Below are positions 1-8,575 of a stretch of DNA of 52,166 nt, one piece after another. Position numbers and translations under genes: made by a program. The DNA is from Planctomycetota bacterium (lineage in GTDB: Bacteria > Planctomycetota > Phycisphaerae > FEN-1346): assembly GCA_026387035.1 (NCBI GenBank), contig JAPLMM010000262.1, positions 1 through 52,166 of the forward strand. The letters are read 5' to 3'. The number at the start of each line of letters is the position of its first letter. Within the stretch, counting starts at the first letter, position 1. The notes beneath the pieces were generated by a model. That model was not told the DNA's origin and searched no databases. It saw only the letters and a program-made list of their open reading frames with translations.

Positions 1-1130
1 CACGCAATGCACGCCCGCTTCTCGCCCCGCATCGCCGTCGTCAGGCGCTCCGGCTGCGGGCGGTGAAGCGCGCTCAGGTAACACCGGCTGTACGACGCCC
101 GGTTCCATCCCGGCCGCAGCCAACCGAAGGGTTCCCGCCGCTTCGGCTCCGCCAACACCGTCAGGCCCGCACATTCCACGTCCAGCCCCTTCTGCGTGTG
201 GTCGAGCGCTTCGCCCGTCAGGGCGCCGCCGGTGAGCACGCGCGGCAGGCCCTCGACGATCGCGCCCAGGAGGATCTTCTCGAGCGGGTATCCGACCGGA
301 AGCGAGAGATGCACCGGCTGGCCGACCGCCGGGCCGCCCAGCGAAATGACTCGTTCCGTCACGGGGCACGATTCCGAAAGCGCGCGGTCCGCCGCCAGCA
401 CGCCTTCCGTCCGCACCGCCCAGACTGGGCCGTCCCCACCTGCCTTCAGGCCGAGCCCGCGGGCGACCAGGGCGAAGTGGTCCATCGGGTAGCGCCGCGG
501 AATCGTCACGATCTGAAGCCACGCCAGGCCTCGAAGGTTCTCGTGAAGCGTCTCCGCCAATTCGGTTTCGACGTCCGGCACCACGAGGTACATGGGCTGG
601 TACTCGAGGAGCGACTGGAGGTGTTCCAGACCCCGCGCGAAAGCGTCCAGTCGGCCGGCCAGTTGCGCGTCGCCGCGCGCGAGGAACGGCTCGAGCCGCA
701 CCGTCGAAACGATGACTGCGCGCGGCGCGACGAAGGGGTCCGGCAACCGGCCTGTGTGCGCGTCTTCGAAAAACGGCCAGGCGCCGAGACGCACCAGCGC
801 GCGGCGCTTCGCGTCCCCGTCGCCGTGGACCGGATGCGTTTCCGCCGGTCCCCGCCGCGCGTTCTCAAGGACCAGGTGGCCCTTGACCGCCCCCAGCCGC
901 ACCGTCCCGGCGCGGGGCGCGAGCAGAGGCACGTCGAAGTTCGCAGGGTCCGTGGCGAGGACATGGCCCGTCTTGACCGCCTCCCCGTTTCCGACAGCCA
1001 ACTGCGTGAAGGAGAACCGCCGGCTCCCGAGCGGCAGCCAGAGCGTGTCGGCCTCCGCCGGCGCGCGGATCTCGCCCGCGGGTCGCCCCGCCAGCGGGAC
1101 GTTGTAGCCGCCTTTCCGCTTCAGCCGCAT
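1..1130 (-). CDS. nqrA: NqrA-like protein (Na+-translocating NADH:quinone oxidoreductase subunit A / RnfC N-terminal family); 3' end lies outside the window
   Basis: The minus-strand frame is open from ATG (rc of 1128-1130) to the window edge. It is absent from the ORF track because no stop falls in the window. Hand translation gives MRLKRKGGYNVPLAGRPAGEIRAPAEADTLWLPLGSRRFSFTQLAVGNGEAVKTGHVLATDPANFDVPLLAPRAGTVRLGAVKGHLVLEN...LGAWPFFEDAHTGRLPDPFVAPRAVIV. This has the shape of the NqrA N-terminal barrel-sandwich followed by the 'AIFV' segment. The listed + ORF 63..1163 is an Arg-rich shadow ORF. Confidence 0.6.
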   Translation of the reverse strand, partial: MRLKRKGGYNVPLAGRPAGEIRAPAEADTLWLPLGSRRFSFTQLAVGNGEAVKTGHVLATDPANFDVPLLAPRAGTVRLGAVKGHLVLENARRGPAETHPVHGDGDAKRRALVRLGAWPFFEDAHTGRLPDPFVAPRAVIVSTVRLEPFLARGDAQLAGRLDAFARGLEHLQSLLEYQPMYLVVPDVETELAETLHENLRGLAWLQIVTIPRRYPMDHFALVARGLGLKAGGDGPVWAVRTEGVLAADRALSESCPVTERVISLGGPAVGQPVHLSLPVGYPLEKILLGAIVEGLPRVLTGGALTGEALDHTQKGLDVECAGLTVLAEPKRREPFGWLRPGWNRASYSRCYLSALHRPQPERLTTAMRGEKRACIA

Positions 1131-1266
1131 CCGGGTTCCCCGGAGGTCTGTTGCGTGTCCTAATCCGTCCGGGCAGAAATGGTTCCGGGGATTCTGTGCG
1201 AACGGACCCGGGAAATCAAGCGAAGATTCACCGACCAGGCATCTAGACGCGAGGGTCAGCCCGCAG

Positions 1267-2223
1267 TCAGGCGTTTGGCACAAGGAGGCCCTTGATGTAC
1301 CCGTCGGTCCCCGTGACGGCCATCTCCATCCCCTTGGCCGCCTCCTCGAGCGTGAACCGGTGCGTCAGGATACGGTCCATCGCAAACAGGCCATGCCGGA
1401 GCATCTGGAGACCCCGCCGCATGTCCTCGTCGAAGTCCAGCGACCAGGCCGGATGGGCGAAGATTACCTGCGTCCCATTGAGGGCGAGCGGCCAGAGGTC
1501 GTAGGTGGCGGGCTTCATGTGGCTCGCGGGGACGAGCAATTTGGCGCGCGTGTAGCGGACCACGTTGGCCGCCAGGTCGAACCCCGCCGGGCTGCCGGAG
1601 AACTCGATGACGACCTCGGCCCCCTTGCCGCGCGTCTGGTTCATGATGGTCCGCCACGCGTCCGTCTCTTTGGCGTTGATCGTTCGCGTCGCGCCGAGTT
1701 CGCGCGCCAGGGCGAGCCGGTCCGCCCGGATGTCCACCGCCGTGATGCTCGCCGCCGCGCTCCGGGCCAGACACGTCAGCGTCATCAGGCCCATCGCGCC
1801 GCACCCGATGAGGACGACGTCGTCGCCCGGCTCCGGGTTGGCCGCCCGCGCGACGTTGACGACGCAGGCGATCGGCTCGCCGAGCGCGTGCTCCATCGGC
1901 ACGTCGTCCGGCACGGGAATCAGCCGGTCGGTCGGCGCGGCCGCGTGGGTGGCGAAACAGTATTCGAATCCGCCCGTCACGCGCATCCCCGGCCGGATCC
2001 GCTCGTCCGGCGGGTTCGTCTCGACGACGATGCCCGATGCCTCGTGCCCCAGGACCACCGGCAACGTCCGGTCGGGGTCGTGACCCAGGTACACGTGGAC
2101 GTCGGTCATGCAGTATCCGCAGGCGGCGATTTCGACGATCGCGTAGCCCGGCCCAATCTCCAGATTGCGCTCGGCGATTTTCATCCGCCTCGGCCCCGTC
2201 AGCCGCACTTCACGAATCCTCAT
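1267..2223 (-). CDS. zinc-dependent alcohol/polyol dehydrogenase, MDR superfamily
   Basis: 318-aa ORF with catalytic-Zn motifs CGYCMTD and VLGHEASG and the Rossmann motif LIGCGAMG. No structural-zinc Cys loop is present. Its ATG overlaps the stop of the upstream ahbAB gene (ATGA at 2220-2223). Confidence 0.8.
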   Translation of the reverse strand: MRIREVRLTGPRRMKIAERNLEIGPGYAIVEIAACGYCMTDVHVYLGHDPDRTLPVVLGHEASGIVVETNPPDERIRPGMRVTGGFEYCFATHAAAPTDRLIPVPDDVPMEHALGEPIACVVNVARAANPEPGDDVVLIGCGAMGLMTLTCLARSAAASITAVDIRADRLALARELGATRTINAKETDAWRTIMNQTRGKGAEVVIEFSGSPAGFDLAANVVRYTRAKLLVPASHMKPATYDLWPLALNGTQVIFAHPAWSLDFDEDMRRGLQMLRHGLFAMDRILTHRFTLEEAAKGMEMAVTGTDGYIKGLLVPNA

Positions 2224-3191
2224 GGCCGGTCCTCCGGCTCAAAATAGCGCATGGGCGACTTCTTGAACTCGGTCGTGGAGAAGAGGAGGGCATGATTGGC
2301 GGCGCCGATTTCCTGCGCCAGCCGGTCCGCGAGAGCGCGGACGGCTTCCTCGCTTTGGCCATGGATCATCGCGTAGAGCGTGTACGGGAAATCGGGAATC
2401 GGCGGGCGGCGGTAGCAGTGGGTGATCTCGGGCCGCTCCGCCAAGGCGCGGCCGGCCTCATCCACGCGGTCCGCCGGCAGGTTGAAAACCGCCATGCCGT
2501 TCGCTCGGTATCCGACGCGGCGATGGGCGACGACCGCTCCAAACCGGCGAATAACCCCTTCTTCCATCCACGCGCGGATTTGTGAAAGGACCTCTTCGAC
2601 CGTTCGGCCGACGCGCTTCGCTACGGAGGCGAAAGGCTCCGCCTCAATCGCGATGCCATCCCCGAGCGTCCGCACAAGTTGCCTCTGCTTGTCGTCAAGT
2701 TCTGGGGAGGGTGATTCCTTTCGCGGCAGAACTCCGGACGTCGCCTCGTCTGCACCGAACACGGCGCGGATCTTGTACGCAGCCAGCGCGGGCAGGCTGT
2801 AAAACACGATGCCCGTCTCCCGGCGCAGGGCGTCCAGCGTCTCCGCGATTTCCCTTTCCGATTGCGCCGTCAGGGTGAACCAGAGGTTGTAGTCGCCCCG
2901 GCGCTCGTAGTTGTGCGTCACGCCGGGAAGCCGGCTGACGCGCTCCGCGACTTCCGCCAATCGTTCGGCCGGCACGCGCGATGCCGCCAGCGTCGAGGTG
3001 TAGCCCAGTCGCCGCGAGTCGAAGACCGGGCCGACGCGCCGGATGACGCCGGCCTCCGCCAGACGCCGGATGCGCGCAAGAAAGTCCTCCGGCTCCATAC
3101 CGAGTCTCTCGGCCAGCACGTCGAACGGCCGTGCCGCGACCGGAAACTCCGTCTGAAGGAGCGAAAGAATCCGCTGGTCTTCGCTGTCCAT
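2220..3191 (-). CDS. ahbAB: fused siroheme decarboxylase AhbA/AhbB (NirD/L/G/H-like, two Lrp/AsnC-type halves)
   Basis: 323-aa ORF made of two homologous halves. Each has an N-terminal wHTH (QRILSLLQTEFPV.. / QRQLVRTLGDGI..) and the signature V(T/I)H(N/C)Y.R...Y.L(W/Y) ('GVTHNYERRGDYNLWFTL', 'ITHCYRRPPIPDFPYTLYAMI'). It sits next to two radical-SAM genes and cobA/hemD. Confidence 0.8.
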   Translation of the reverse strand: MDSEDQRILSLLQTEFPVAARPFDVLAERLGMEPEDFLARIRRLAEAGVIRRVGPVFDSRRLGYTSTLAASRVPAERLAEVAERVSRLPGVTHNYERRGDYNLWFTLTAQSEREIAETLDALRRETGIVFYSLPALAAYKIRAVFGADEATSGVLPRKESPSPELDDKQRQLVRTLGDGIAIEAEPFASVAKRVGRTVEEVLSQIRAWMEEGVIRRFGAVVAHRRVGYRANGMAVFNLPADRVDEAGRALAERPEITHCYRRPPIPDFPYTLYAMIHGQSEEAVRALADRLAQEIGAANHALLFSTTEFKKSPMRYFEPEDRP

Positions 3192-3206
3192 CGCGGTCCT
3201 CGGGCG

Positions 3207-4274
3207 TCACTCCTTCGCGGAGGTGCGTTTCGGCCGGTAAAGGCAGAACGGTTCTTCCGACAGGTAATCGCCGGTCATAGCGTAAGCGCGGGCCCGGCAT
3301 CCGCCGCATACGGGGCCGTACTCGCACTCGCCGCAACTTTCCCGATAGGATCCCACGTCGCGCACCTTCCGGAAGACCTCGGACGTCTCCCATATCTTGT
3401 GAAAGTCGAAGCCTTCACGCCTCAGGTCCCCGCACTCGACGTCCAGGAATCCGCAGATCTGGACCTTGCCGTTGTGTGCGACGAAGGCGAACGACTTGCC
3501 GCCCATGCACCCTTGTCCCTGCGGCTCGGGCTCGCCCGCCCGGCGCCGCTCGCGAAGGATCCGCTGGTACTGCGGGGCGCACGTCACGCGGATCTGCGTT
3601 GCCGACTTGCCGCGCTGCTCCGCGAGCCACCGAAGCGTTGCCTCGTACTCTTCGGCCGAGAGTTCCTCGTCGGCGATCTCGCGGCCCCGGCCGGTCGGCA
3701 CCAGGAAGAACGGGTTGAACACGATCGCGCCCAGGCAAATGGCCAGGTCGCGGATGGCCGGCAGTTCCGCGACGTTGTACCGCGCGACGGTCGTGTTGAC
3801 CTGGAACGACAGGCCTGCCCGCTTGGCCGCCTCGATGCCCCGCAGCGCGGCGTCGAACGCGCCCGGAACGCCGCGGATGGCGTCGTGCGATTTGGCCGTC
3901 GCGCCGTCCAGCGAGATGGAGATGTGGCGGATGCCGGCGTCCATGAGACGCTGCGCCGTTTCGTCGTCCAGGCCCATGCCGCATGTCGCCAGGACGACCG
4001 GCAGGCCGAGCGCCCGGCCGCGCTTCGCCAAGTCGAACACGTCGCCGCGAAGGAGCGGTTCCCCGCCCGTCAGGATCAGGATCGGCTGGCAGAACGACGC
4101 GATGTTCTCGAGCAGCCGGTAACCTTCGTCCGTCGTGAGGTCGTCGGCGTCGGCTACCGGGCGGGCGGCGGCGCGGCAATGGCGACAGGCCATCCGGCAC
4201 GCGCGCGTCAGTTCCCACGCGATCAGACGAGGTGTGAACCTCGGGCGGCCGCTTGAAGGTCCGGTGCCATCCAC
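3207..4274 (-). CDS. ahbD: radical SAM/SPASM haem synthase AhbD-like (NirJ family)
   Basis: 355-aa ORF with a GTG start and the SD GAGGAG 6 nt upstream. Motifs: LIAWELTRACRMACRHCRA (CxxxCxxC), FFLVPTGRG, TCAPQYQRI and the C-terminal SPASM-type CGECEYGPVCGGCRARA. The AhbD versus AhbC assignment rests on recalled N-terminal signatures. Confidence 0.7.
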   Translation of the reverse strand: MDGTGPSSGRPRFTPRLIAWELTRACRMACRHCRAAARPVADADDLTTDEGYRLLENIASFCQPILILTGGEPLLRGDVFDLAKRGRALGLPVVLATCGMGLDDETAQRLMDAGIRHISISLDGATAKSHDAIRGVPGAFDAALRGIEAAKRAGLSFQVNTTVARYNVAELPAIRDLAICLGAIVFNPFFLVPTGRGREIADEELSAEEYEATLRWLAEQRGKSATQIRVTCAPQYQRILRERRRAGEPEPQGQGCMGGKSFAFVAHNGKVQICGFLDVECGDLRREGFDFHKIWETSEVFRKVRDVGSYRESCGECEYGPVCGGCRARAYAMTGDYLSEEPFCLYRPKRTSAKE

Positions 4275-4277
4275 GTG

Positions 4278-5462
4278 TTACTCCTCGCCGACCTCGCCTG
4301 TAAGGCCGATCTCGTCGTCCGTCAGATAACATGCCGGGTCAGGCGCCCAGGGGTCGCCGGTGACGGCCTCGGCCCGGGCCCGGAAGTTCCCGCCGCAGAG
4401 GTCGAGGAACCGGCACCGCGCGCATCGGCCCTTCAGATGCGCCCGGCGGTGGCGCAGGGCGGCCAGAAGCGGGTCCGTGCCGTCCGACCAGATTTCGCCG
4501 AACGTCCGTTCCGCAATGTTTCCCAGCGACTTGTGACGCCAGAACTGGTCGGGATAAACCTCGCCGTCCCATCCGATGGAGGCGATGCGCGATCCGCTCG
4601 CGTTGCCGCCGTTCTGCCGCAGCAGCCGGAGCGTCTCCTCGGCCCCGGGGTGCTTCTCGCGGGCCATCCTCAGGTATAGGTACGGTCCGTCGGCGTGGTT
4701 GTCCACCGTGAGAACCTCCGCGCGGTGGCCGACCGCGTAAAGACCGGCCGTCCGGTCGATGATGAGGTCCACGGCCCGGCGCGTCGCCTCGTGGTCGAGG
4801 TCCTCGCGCCTCAGGAGATTTCCCCGGCCGGCGTAGACGAGATGGTAGAAGCAGACGCGCGGCAGGCCCTCGTCGCGGACGAGGTCGAAGACGTCGCCGA
4901 TCTCGGCGGCGTTGCGGCGCGTCATCGAGAACCGCAGGCCCACTTTGATCCCCGCTTCGCGGCAGTGACAGATGCCCGCCAGCGCCTGGTCGAACGCCCC
5001 CTCGACGGTGCGGAACGCGTCGTTCGTCTCGCGCAGGCCGTCGAGCGACACGCCGACGTACCGCGTGCCCGCCTCCCGCAACCGCTCGGCCACGCGGCGG
5101 TCGATGCGCGTGCCGTTCGTCGAGAGGACCGGCCGGATGCCGAGTTCCGCTGCGCGGCGAATGAGCGTAAAGAGGTCCTGTCGCATGAGCTGCTCGCCGC
5201 CCGAGAAGAGCACCACCGGGACGCCGAAGCGGGCCAGGTCCTCGAGCATTGCCAGCCCGGCGTCGGTCGAAAGTTCCTTCTTGCCCGCGGGGCCGGTGGA
5301 GGCCGTGTAGCAGTGCACGCACCGCAGGTTGCACGCGCGCGTGCAGTTCCAGACGACAATGGGCCGGGGCATGCGGCTGGTCGAGCGCGCGGCGCCCTCA
5401 CCGTAGCGCAGGGCGTCCGAGCGTTCGCGGGCACCGCAATAGAGTCTTGAGATTCCGATCAT
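4278..5462 (-). CDS. ahbC: radical SAM Fe-coproporphyrin synthase AhbC-like (NirJ family)
   Basis: 394-aa ORF. Motifs: N-terminal LYCG...DALRYG, VVWNCTRACNLRCVHCY (CxxxCxxC) and the C-terminal Cys cluster CARCRFLDLCGGNFRARA. Its ATG overlaps the cobA/hemD stop (ATGA at 5459-5462). Confidence 0.7.
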   Translation of the reverse strand: MIGISRLYCGARERSDALRYGEGAARSTSRMPRPIVVWNCTRACNLRCVHCYTASTGPAGKKELSTDAGLAMLEDLARFGVPVVLFSGGEQLMRQDLFTLIRRAAELGIRPVLSTNGTRIDRRVAERLREAGTRYVGVSLDGLRETNDAFRTVEGAFDQALAGICHCREAGIKVGLRFSMTRRNAAEIGDVFDLVRDEGLPRVCFYHLVYAGRGNLLRREDLDHEATRRAVDLIIDRTAGLYAVGHRAEVLTVDNHADGPYLYLRMAREKHPGAEETLRLLRQNGGNASGSRIASIGWDGEVYPDQFWRHKSLGNIAERTFGEIWSDGTDPLLAALRHRRAHLKGRCARCRFLDLCGGNFRARAEAVTGDPWAPDPACYLTDDEIGLTGEVGEE

Positions 5463-6985
5463 CGGCGTTCCGCTTCTTCGGCGGCGACGATGGCAGCCAC
5501 CAGGCCGTCGATCGTGTGCGGGTCGGCCTCGGCTGCCGGTTCGATGCCCACGGCGCGGAGGGCCGCGCTGGTGCTCGGCCCGATGCTGGCCGACCGGGCG
5601 CGCGACGCGCGGACCGCACCGACCCGGATCGCCGAGAAGAAGTTCTTCACGGTGGACGAACTGGTGAACGAGAGCCAGTCGACCTCGTCGCGGGCGAGCA
5701 TTGCGGCGATCGTCTCCGCGCCCTCATTATTCGCCACCGTGCGGTAGGCCGTCAACTCTGTCACGTTCGCGCCGCAGGCCGCAAGGCGCTCCACGAGTTC
5801 CTTCGGGGCGATGTCCGCACGCGGGCAGAGGATGCGGGCGCCCTTGAGATTGGCCTGTGCCGCGAGCGATTCGACCAGCCCTTCGGTCGTGAACGTGGCC
5901 GGCACGAGGTTCGCGCGGACGCCGAACGCGGCGAGGCGCTCGGCCGTCGCCGAGCCCATGGCGGCGATGCGCTGGCGCGCGAGCGCGCGGGCGTCGAGCC
6001 CCGCGTCGGCCAGGGCGCCGAAGAACGCCTCGACGCCGTTCGCGCTCGTGAAGAGGATCCAGTCGAACGCATCGCGGTTTTCAATCGCGCGGCGCAAAGG
6101 GGCCGGGTCGGCGGGCGGCTCGATCCGGATGGCGGGCGATTCGACGACCATCGCGCCGAGCGCCTCCAAGCGCCCCGCGAGGGCCGATGCCTGGCTCCGG
6201 GCGCGCGTGACGACGATCCGCCGGCCGAAGAGCGGACGCTGCTCGAACCACGCGAGGCGGTCCCGCAAGAGAACGACTTCGCCGATGACGATGACGGCGG
6301 GCGGCGCGAGGTCGGCCTCGCGCGCCCGCTCCGCGAGCGTCTGGACCGTGCCGGCGACGACGCGCTGCCGGGGCGTCGTGCCCCAGCGGACGACGGCGGC
6401 GTGCGTGTTCGCCGCCAGGCCGTGCGCCATCAGGTTCTCGCAAATGGAAGCGAGATTCGCGACGCCCATGTAGAAGACGAGCGTCCCTTTCCAGAGGGCG
6501 AGCGAATTCCAGTCGAGGCCCGATTCGCCCTTGTCGTCCGTTTCGTGGCCCGTGACGAACGCGACGGCGCTCGCCAGGCCCCGGTGCGTGACGGGGATGC
6601 CGGCGTAGGCGGCTGCGGCGACGCCGGCCGTCACGCCCGGGACGACCTCGAATGGGATGCCGGCGTCGGCGAGGGCGAGGGCCTCTTCGCCGCCGCGCCC
6701 GAACACGAACGGGTCCCCCCCTTTGAGGCGGACGACGGAGCGTCCCGCGCGGGCCCGCTCGACGAGGAGGGTGTTGATCTCGTCCTGCGAAAGCGTGCGT
6801 TGGCCGGCCTGCTTGCCGACGTAGATGCGCTCCGCGCCGTCGGGCGCCTCGTCCAGGAGCCGCTCGGAGACGAGGTGGTCGTACACGACGGCGTCGGCTG
6901 CGCGGAGGCATTCGAGGCCGCGCAGGGTCACGAGGCCCGGGTCCCCGGGCCCGGCCCCCACCAGATAGACGCGTCCGGGGTTCAC
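5459..6985 (-). CDS. cobA-hemD: bifunctional uroporphyrinogen-III C-methyltransferase / uroporphyrinogen-III synthase (CobA-HemD fusion)
   Basis: The N-terminal half has SUMT motifs VYLVGAGPGDPGL and VRLKGGDPFVFGRGGEE. The C-terminal half is HemD-like (RIVVTRA...ILFTSANGV...SFTSSSTV). I moved the start to GTG 6985, which overlaps the hemA stop (GTGA). The 92 upstream codons of listed ORF 5459..7261 overlap hemA and are Arg/Pro-rich. Confidence 0.85.
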   Translation of the reverse strand: MNPGRVYLVGAGPGDPGLVTLRGLECLRAADAVVYDHLVSERLLDEAPDGAERIYVGKQAGQRTLSQDEINTLLVERARAGRSVVRLKGGDPFVFGRGGEEALALADAGIPFEVVPGVTAGVAAAAYAGIPVTHRGLASAVAFVTGHETDDKGESGLDWNSLALWKGTLVFYMGVANLASICENLMAHGLAANTHAAVVRWGTTPRQRVVAGTVQTLAERAREADLAPPAVIVIGEVVLLRDRLAWFEQRPLFGRRIVVTRARSQASALAGRLEALGAMVVESPAIRIEPPADPAPLRRAIENRDAFDWILFTSANGVEAFFGALADAGLDARALARQRIAAMGSATAERLAAFGVRANLVPATFTTEGLVESLAAQANLKGARILCPRADIAPKELVERLAACGANVTELTAYRTVANNEGAETIAAMLARDEVDWLSFTSSSTVKNFFSAIRVGAVRASRARSASIGPSTSAALRAVGIEPAAEADPHTIDGLVAAIVAAEEAERR

Positions 6986-8400
6986 TCGTCTTGCTCCAGG
7001 GCGTCGAGGTCGAACATTCGGCGAATGATCTCGACGGTGGCCAGGGTTTCGCTCAAGGGCGCTTCTTCCGACAGGCCGCGCAGGAAGGTGAGCGGGTCGT
7101 GCAGGAGGCGCCCGCAGAGCGATTGCGTGAATTGTTCGAGTTGCGGCTGCTCGGCATCGCTGAACCGGCTGCCGTATTGCCGGACCAAGTCCTGCTGAAT
7201 CTGCTCGAGGCGTTTCTGGAGGAGGCGGATGGTCGGAGCGACCTGAAGCGATCCGACCCATTTGTCGAAGGCGCGGACCTCTTCGGCGACGATCGTCTCG
7301 GCCCGCGGGATTTCGGCGCGCCGGCGATCCAGGTTTTCCTCGACCAGGCGCTCCAGGTCGTCCAGGTTGAAGAGCCGGACGTTCGGCAGGTGGCCGAGGC
7401 GCGGATCCGCGTCGCGCGGCAGGGCGATGTCGAGGATGACGAGCGGCCGGCCGGACGCCGCGATCGGTTCCGCCAACGTCTCGTAGTCCAGAACAATCCC
7501 GGGCGACGCGGTGGATGCCAGCACGAGATCCATGCTGCCGATGAGGCGCGGGATCTCTTCCAGTCCGACGGCCTCGGGTCGCAAGGGTTCCCCGGCGCCG
7601 CCGACGTCTTCTGAGGCGGCGGCTTCCGGAGTTGCTTGGCGCAGGAGCGCAGGGCAGGCGGCGTTGTCGGCTGTCTCGTCCGCGGGTATTTCCTTGCCCT
7701 TGGGCAGGCGCATCAGGCCCTCGGCCAACCGGCGGGCGCGCTCGACCGTGCGGTTGGCGACGACGAGCCGGCCGGCGCCCGCGCGGAGGAGAATGCGTGC
7801 GGCGAGTTCGGCGTTTCGGCCGGCGCCGACGAGGAGAATGGTTTTTCCCTCCAGGCGTCCGAGGTGCCGCCGCGCGAGTTCCACGGCGGCCTGGGCGATG
7901 CCGGCGGAGCCCCGGCCAAGGTCGGTCTCCGTCTGGACGCGCTTGCCGACGCGGAACGCCCAGTGCAGAAGTTTGTTGAGGAGGAACCGGACCGAGTGGG
8001 CCTCGACCGCCAGGCGGTAGGCCGCCTTGACTTGGCCGAGGATCTGGTGCTCGCCGACGATCTGCGAGTCGAGCGATGCAGCCACGCGGAACAGGTGCTC
8101 CACGGCCGCGAGGCCGTCATGGCGGTAGAAAAGCGCCGGGTCGGCGGAAGGGGCGGTTCCCTTGAGTCGGCCGATGTGGTCGACGAGGTAGGCGAGGGGG
8201 TTGCTCGCATCCGCGGTGACGAAATAGACCTCCGTCCGGTTGCAGGTGTCGAGGACGAGGACCTCTTCGAAGGCGTCTTCGCCGTGGATTCGCTTCAGGA
8301 GCCGCCGCGACAGGTCCGGTCCGAGGGCGAACGCTTCCCGCACCGCCACGGGGGCGGTCTGGTGGTTCAGCCCGATGACCGAAAGTTTCCGCGTTGGCAT
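6982..8400 (-). CDS. hemA: glutamyl-tRNA reductase
   Basis: Motifs: MPTRKLSVIGLNHQTAPVAVRE, LDTCNRTEVY and the NADPH site LLVGAGRNAEL. I placed the start at ATG 8400. The longer listed ORF (to 8844) adds a non-protein-like N-terminus. A low-complexity insert lies in the NADPH domain. Confidence 0.9.
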   Translation of the reverse strand: MPTRKLSVIGLNHQTAPVAVREAFALGPDLSRRLLKRIHGEDAFEEVLVLDTCNRTEVYFVTADASNPLAYLVDHIGRLKGTAPSADPALFYRHDGLAAVEHLFRVAASLDSQIVGEHQILGQVKAAYRLAVEAHSVRFLLNKLLHWAFRVGKRVQTETDLGRGSAGIAQAAVELARRHLGRLEGKTILLVGAGRNAELAARILLRAGAGRLVVANRTVERARRLAEGLMRLPKGKEIPADETADNAACPALLRQATPEAAASEDVGGAGEPLRPEAVGLEEIPRLIGSMDLVLASTASPGIVLDYETLAEPIAASGRPLVILDIALPRDADPRLGHLPNVRLFNLDDLERLVEENLDRRRAEIPRAETIVAEEVRAFDKWVGSLQVAPTIRLLQKRLEQIQQDLVRQYGSRFSDAEQPQLEQFTQSLCGRLLHDPLTFLRGLSEEAPLSETLATVEIIRRMFDLDALEQDE

Positions 8401-8575
8401 GTCGTGCCGTCCCGTTAGAAGGCAAGCCGCAATTATAACAAACCCGCGGGGCGGCGCGAAGGGCCGGAGAAAGGGCGTCTTTGCCCCGAAACCCGGCTGT
8501 TTCGGCGATCTTCCTGTGGCCAGGGCCGGCGCGTTCTGGTAGGATGAGCACCTCGCTCGGCAGCAAAGGGAACTG

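Noticed and set aside
63-1163. A 366-aa plus-strand ORF at the left end of the window.
   Set aside because: It is Arg-rich with no motifs. The opposite strand encodes a convincing NqrA-like N-terminus starting at 1130, which is missing from the ORF track only because its stop lies outside the window.
6986-7261. Long N-terminal extensions in the listed ORFs for cobA/hemD (to 7261), hemA (to 8844), the 735-aa secreted protein (to 31832), the P-type ATPase (to 36643), MoxR (to 38015), pcm (to 11721), bioD (from 15649) and the GH-like protein (from 19240).
   Set aside because: The extensions overlap neighbouring genes or are Arg/Pro-rich. Internal ATG/GTG/TTG starts with good SD sequences, stop/start overlaps or signal peptides give family-typical N-termini.
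7575-7712. A ~45-aa low-complexity insert (PKGKEIPADETADNAACPALLRQATPEAAASEDVGGAGEPLR) in the NADPH domain of HemA.
   Set aside because: It is acidic and Ala/Pro-rich and is probably a disordered surface loop. Such lineage-specific inserts are common and give no functional hint.
8401-8575. Divergent promoter region between hemA and ccs1. A minus-strand TATAAT (rc of 8432-8437) could be the hemA -10 element.
   Set aside because: No convincing -35 partner is present (TTCGCG at best). No repeated operator-like motif is visible. The evidence is too weak to annotate.
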